From Lama glama (taxonomy: Eukaryota), in contig CM052817.1 in assembly GCA_028534125.1 (NCBI GenBank), positions 2,668,001 through 2,732,000 of the forward strand: a DNA stretch of 64,000 nucleotides. Reading direction: 5' to 3'. Of the stretch, positions 63,587 to 64,000 are shown piece after piece (positions within the stretch are counted from its first letter, which is position 1; the number at the start of each line of letters is the position of its first letter). Made by a program: the position numbers and the translations under genes. The notes beneath the pieces are model-generated. The model ran no database searches and was not told where the DNA came from. It was given only the letters and a program-made list of their open reading frames with translations.

Positions 63587-64000
63587 ACTAGAGGTTACCG
63601 TGGTAACGGGCAGCTCTGATACCATTTTCTTCCGGATCTGGGGCTGGGTACATGGCGTGTTCACCTTGTGAAAATTCACCAGCTGTCCCCTTATGATTAA
63701 AGCTGCTTTCTGCACATCCATTGTAGCCAGGAAAAAGTTCATTGAAAAAGGAATCACGGGAAAACAGGCTGAAGGACATGACGTCAGGTTTCAGGGTCTC
63801 CATCGCCAGCGAGCTCGAGGGTGTCCACAGGGCGCAGCGTCTCCATGAGCCCCCAGGGAATGAACCTGAGGGGCTTGGGAAACACAAAGATCTACACCCA
63901 GGAGGAGCTGGGTCCGTGCCCTCTGGCTGGGTGGGGGTGGGTGGGGCTCTTGTCCTGACCCCACCCTTTTAGGACATTACGGTGCTCTGAGCGCCCTGGG

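Noticed and set aside
45300..64000. HTRA3 3' exons (the syntenic neighbour in human)
   Set aside because: No trypsin-like or PDZ-like peptide was recognised. The gene probably lies beyond the window.
1..64000. CRISPR array, operon or other prokaryotic-type system
   Set aside because: No repeat-spacer periodicity. The sequence is intron-rich mammalian DNA throughout.

Overview
Mammalian genomic DNA, very likely camelid (several tRNA-derived SINEs of the Vic-1 type; inference). It holds two head-to-head genes. TRMT44 (tRNA Um44 2'-O-methyltransferase) is on the minus strand: coding exons 1-10 lie at 18258->718 and the last exon lies off the left edge. ACOX3 (peroxisomal acyl-CoA oxidase 3 / pristanoyl-CoA oxidase) is on the plus strand: ATG 27490, stop 45299, C-terminal SKL. 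All visible exons have GT-AG boundaries and consistent phases. About 283 central ACOX3 codons are absent and most likely fall in a 500-N scaffold gap (31976-32475). The rest is introns, transposon relics and about 18 kb of GC-rich intergenic DNA with no credible gene. I did not find a new biological system. The best leads are regulatory: a perfect 21-bp CpG-rich motif shared by two CpG islands 3.1 kb apart, antisense solo LTRs next to both first-exon donors, and an inverted SINE pair around an in-frame ACOX3 exon. Repeat family names and exon numbers come from recognising consensus and orthologue sequences by eye, not from a database search.
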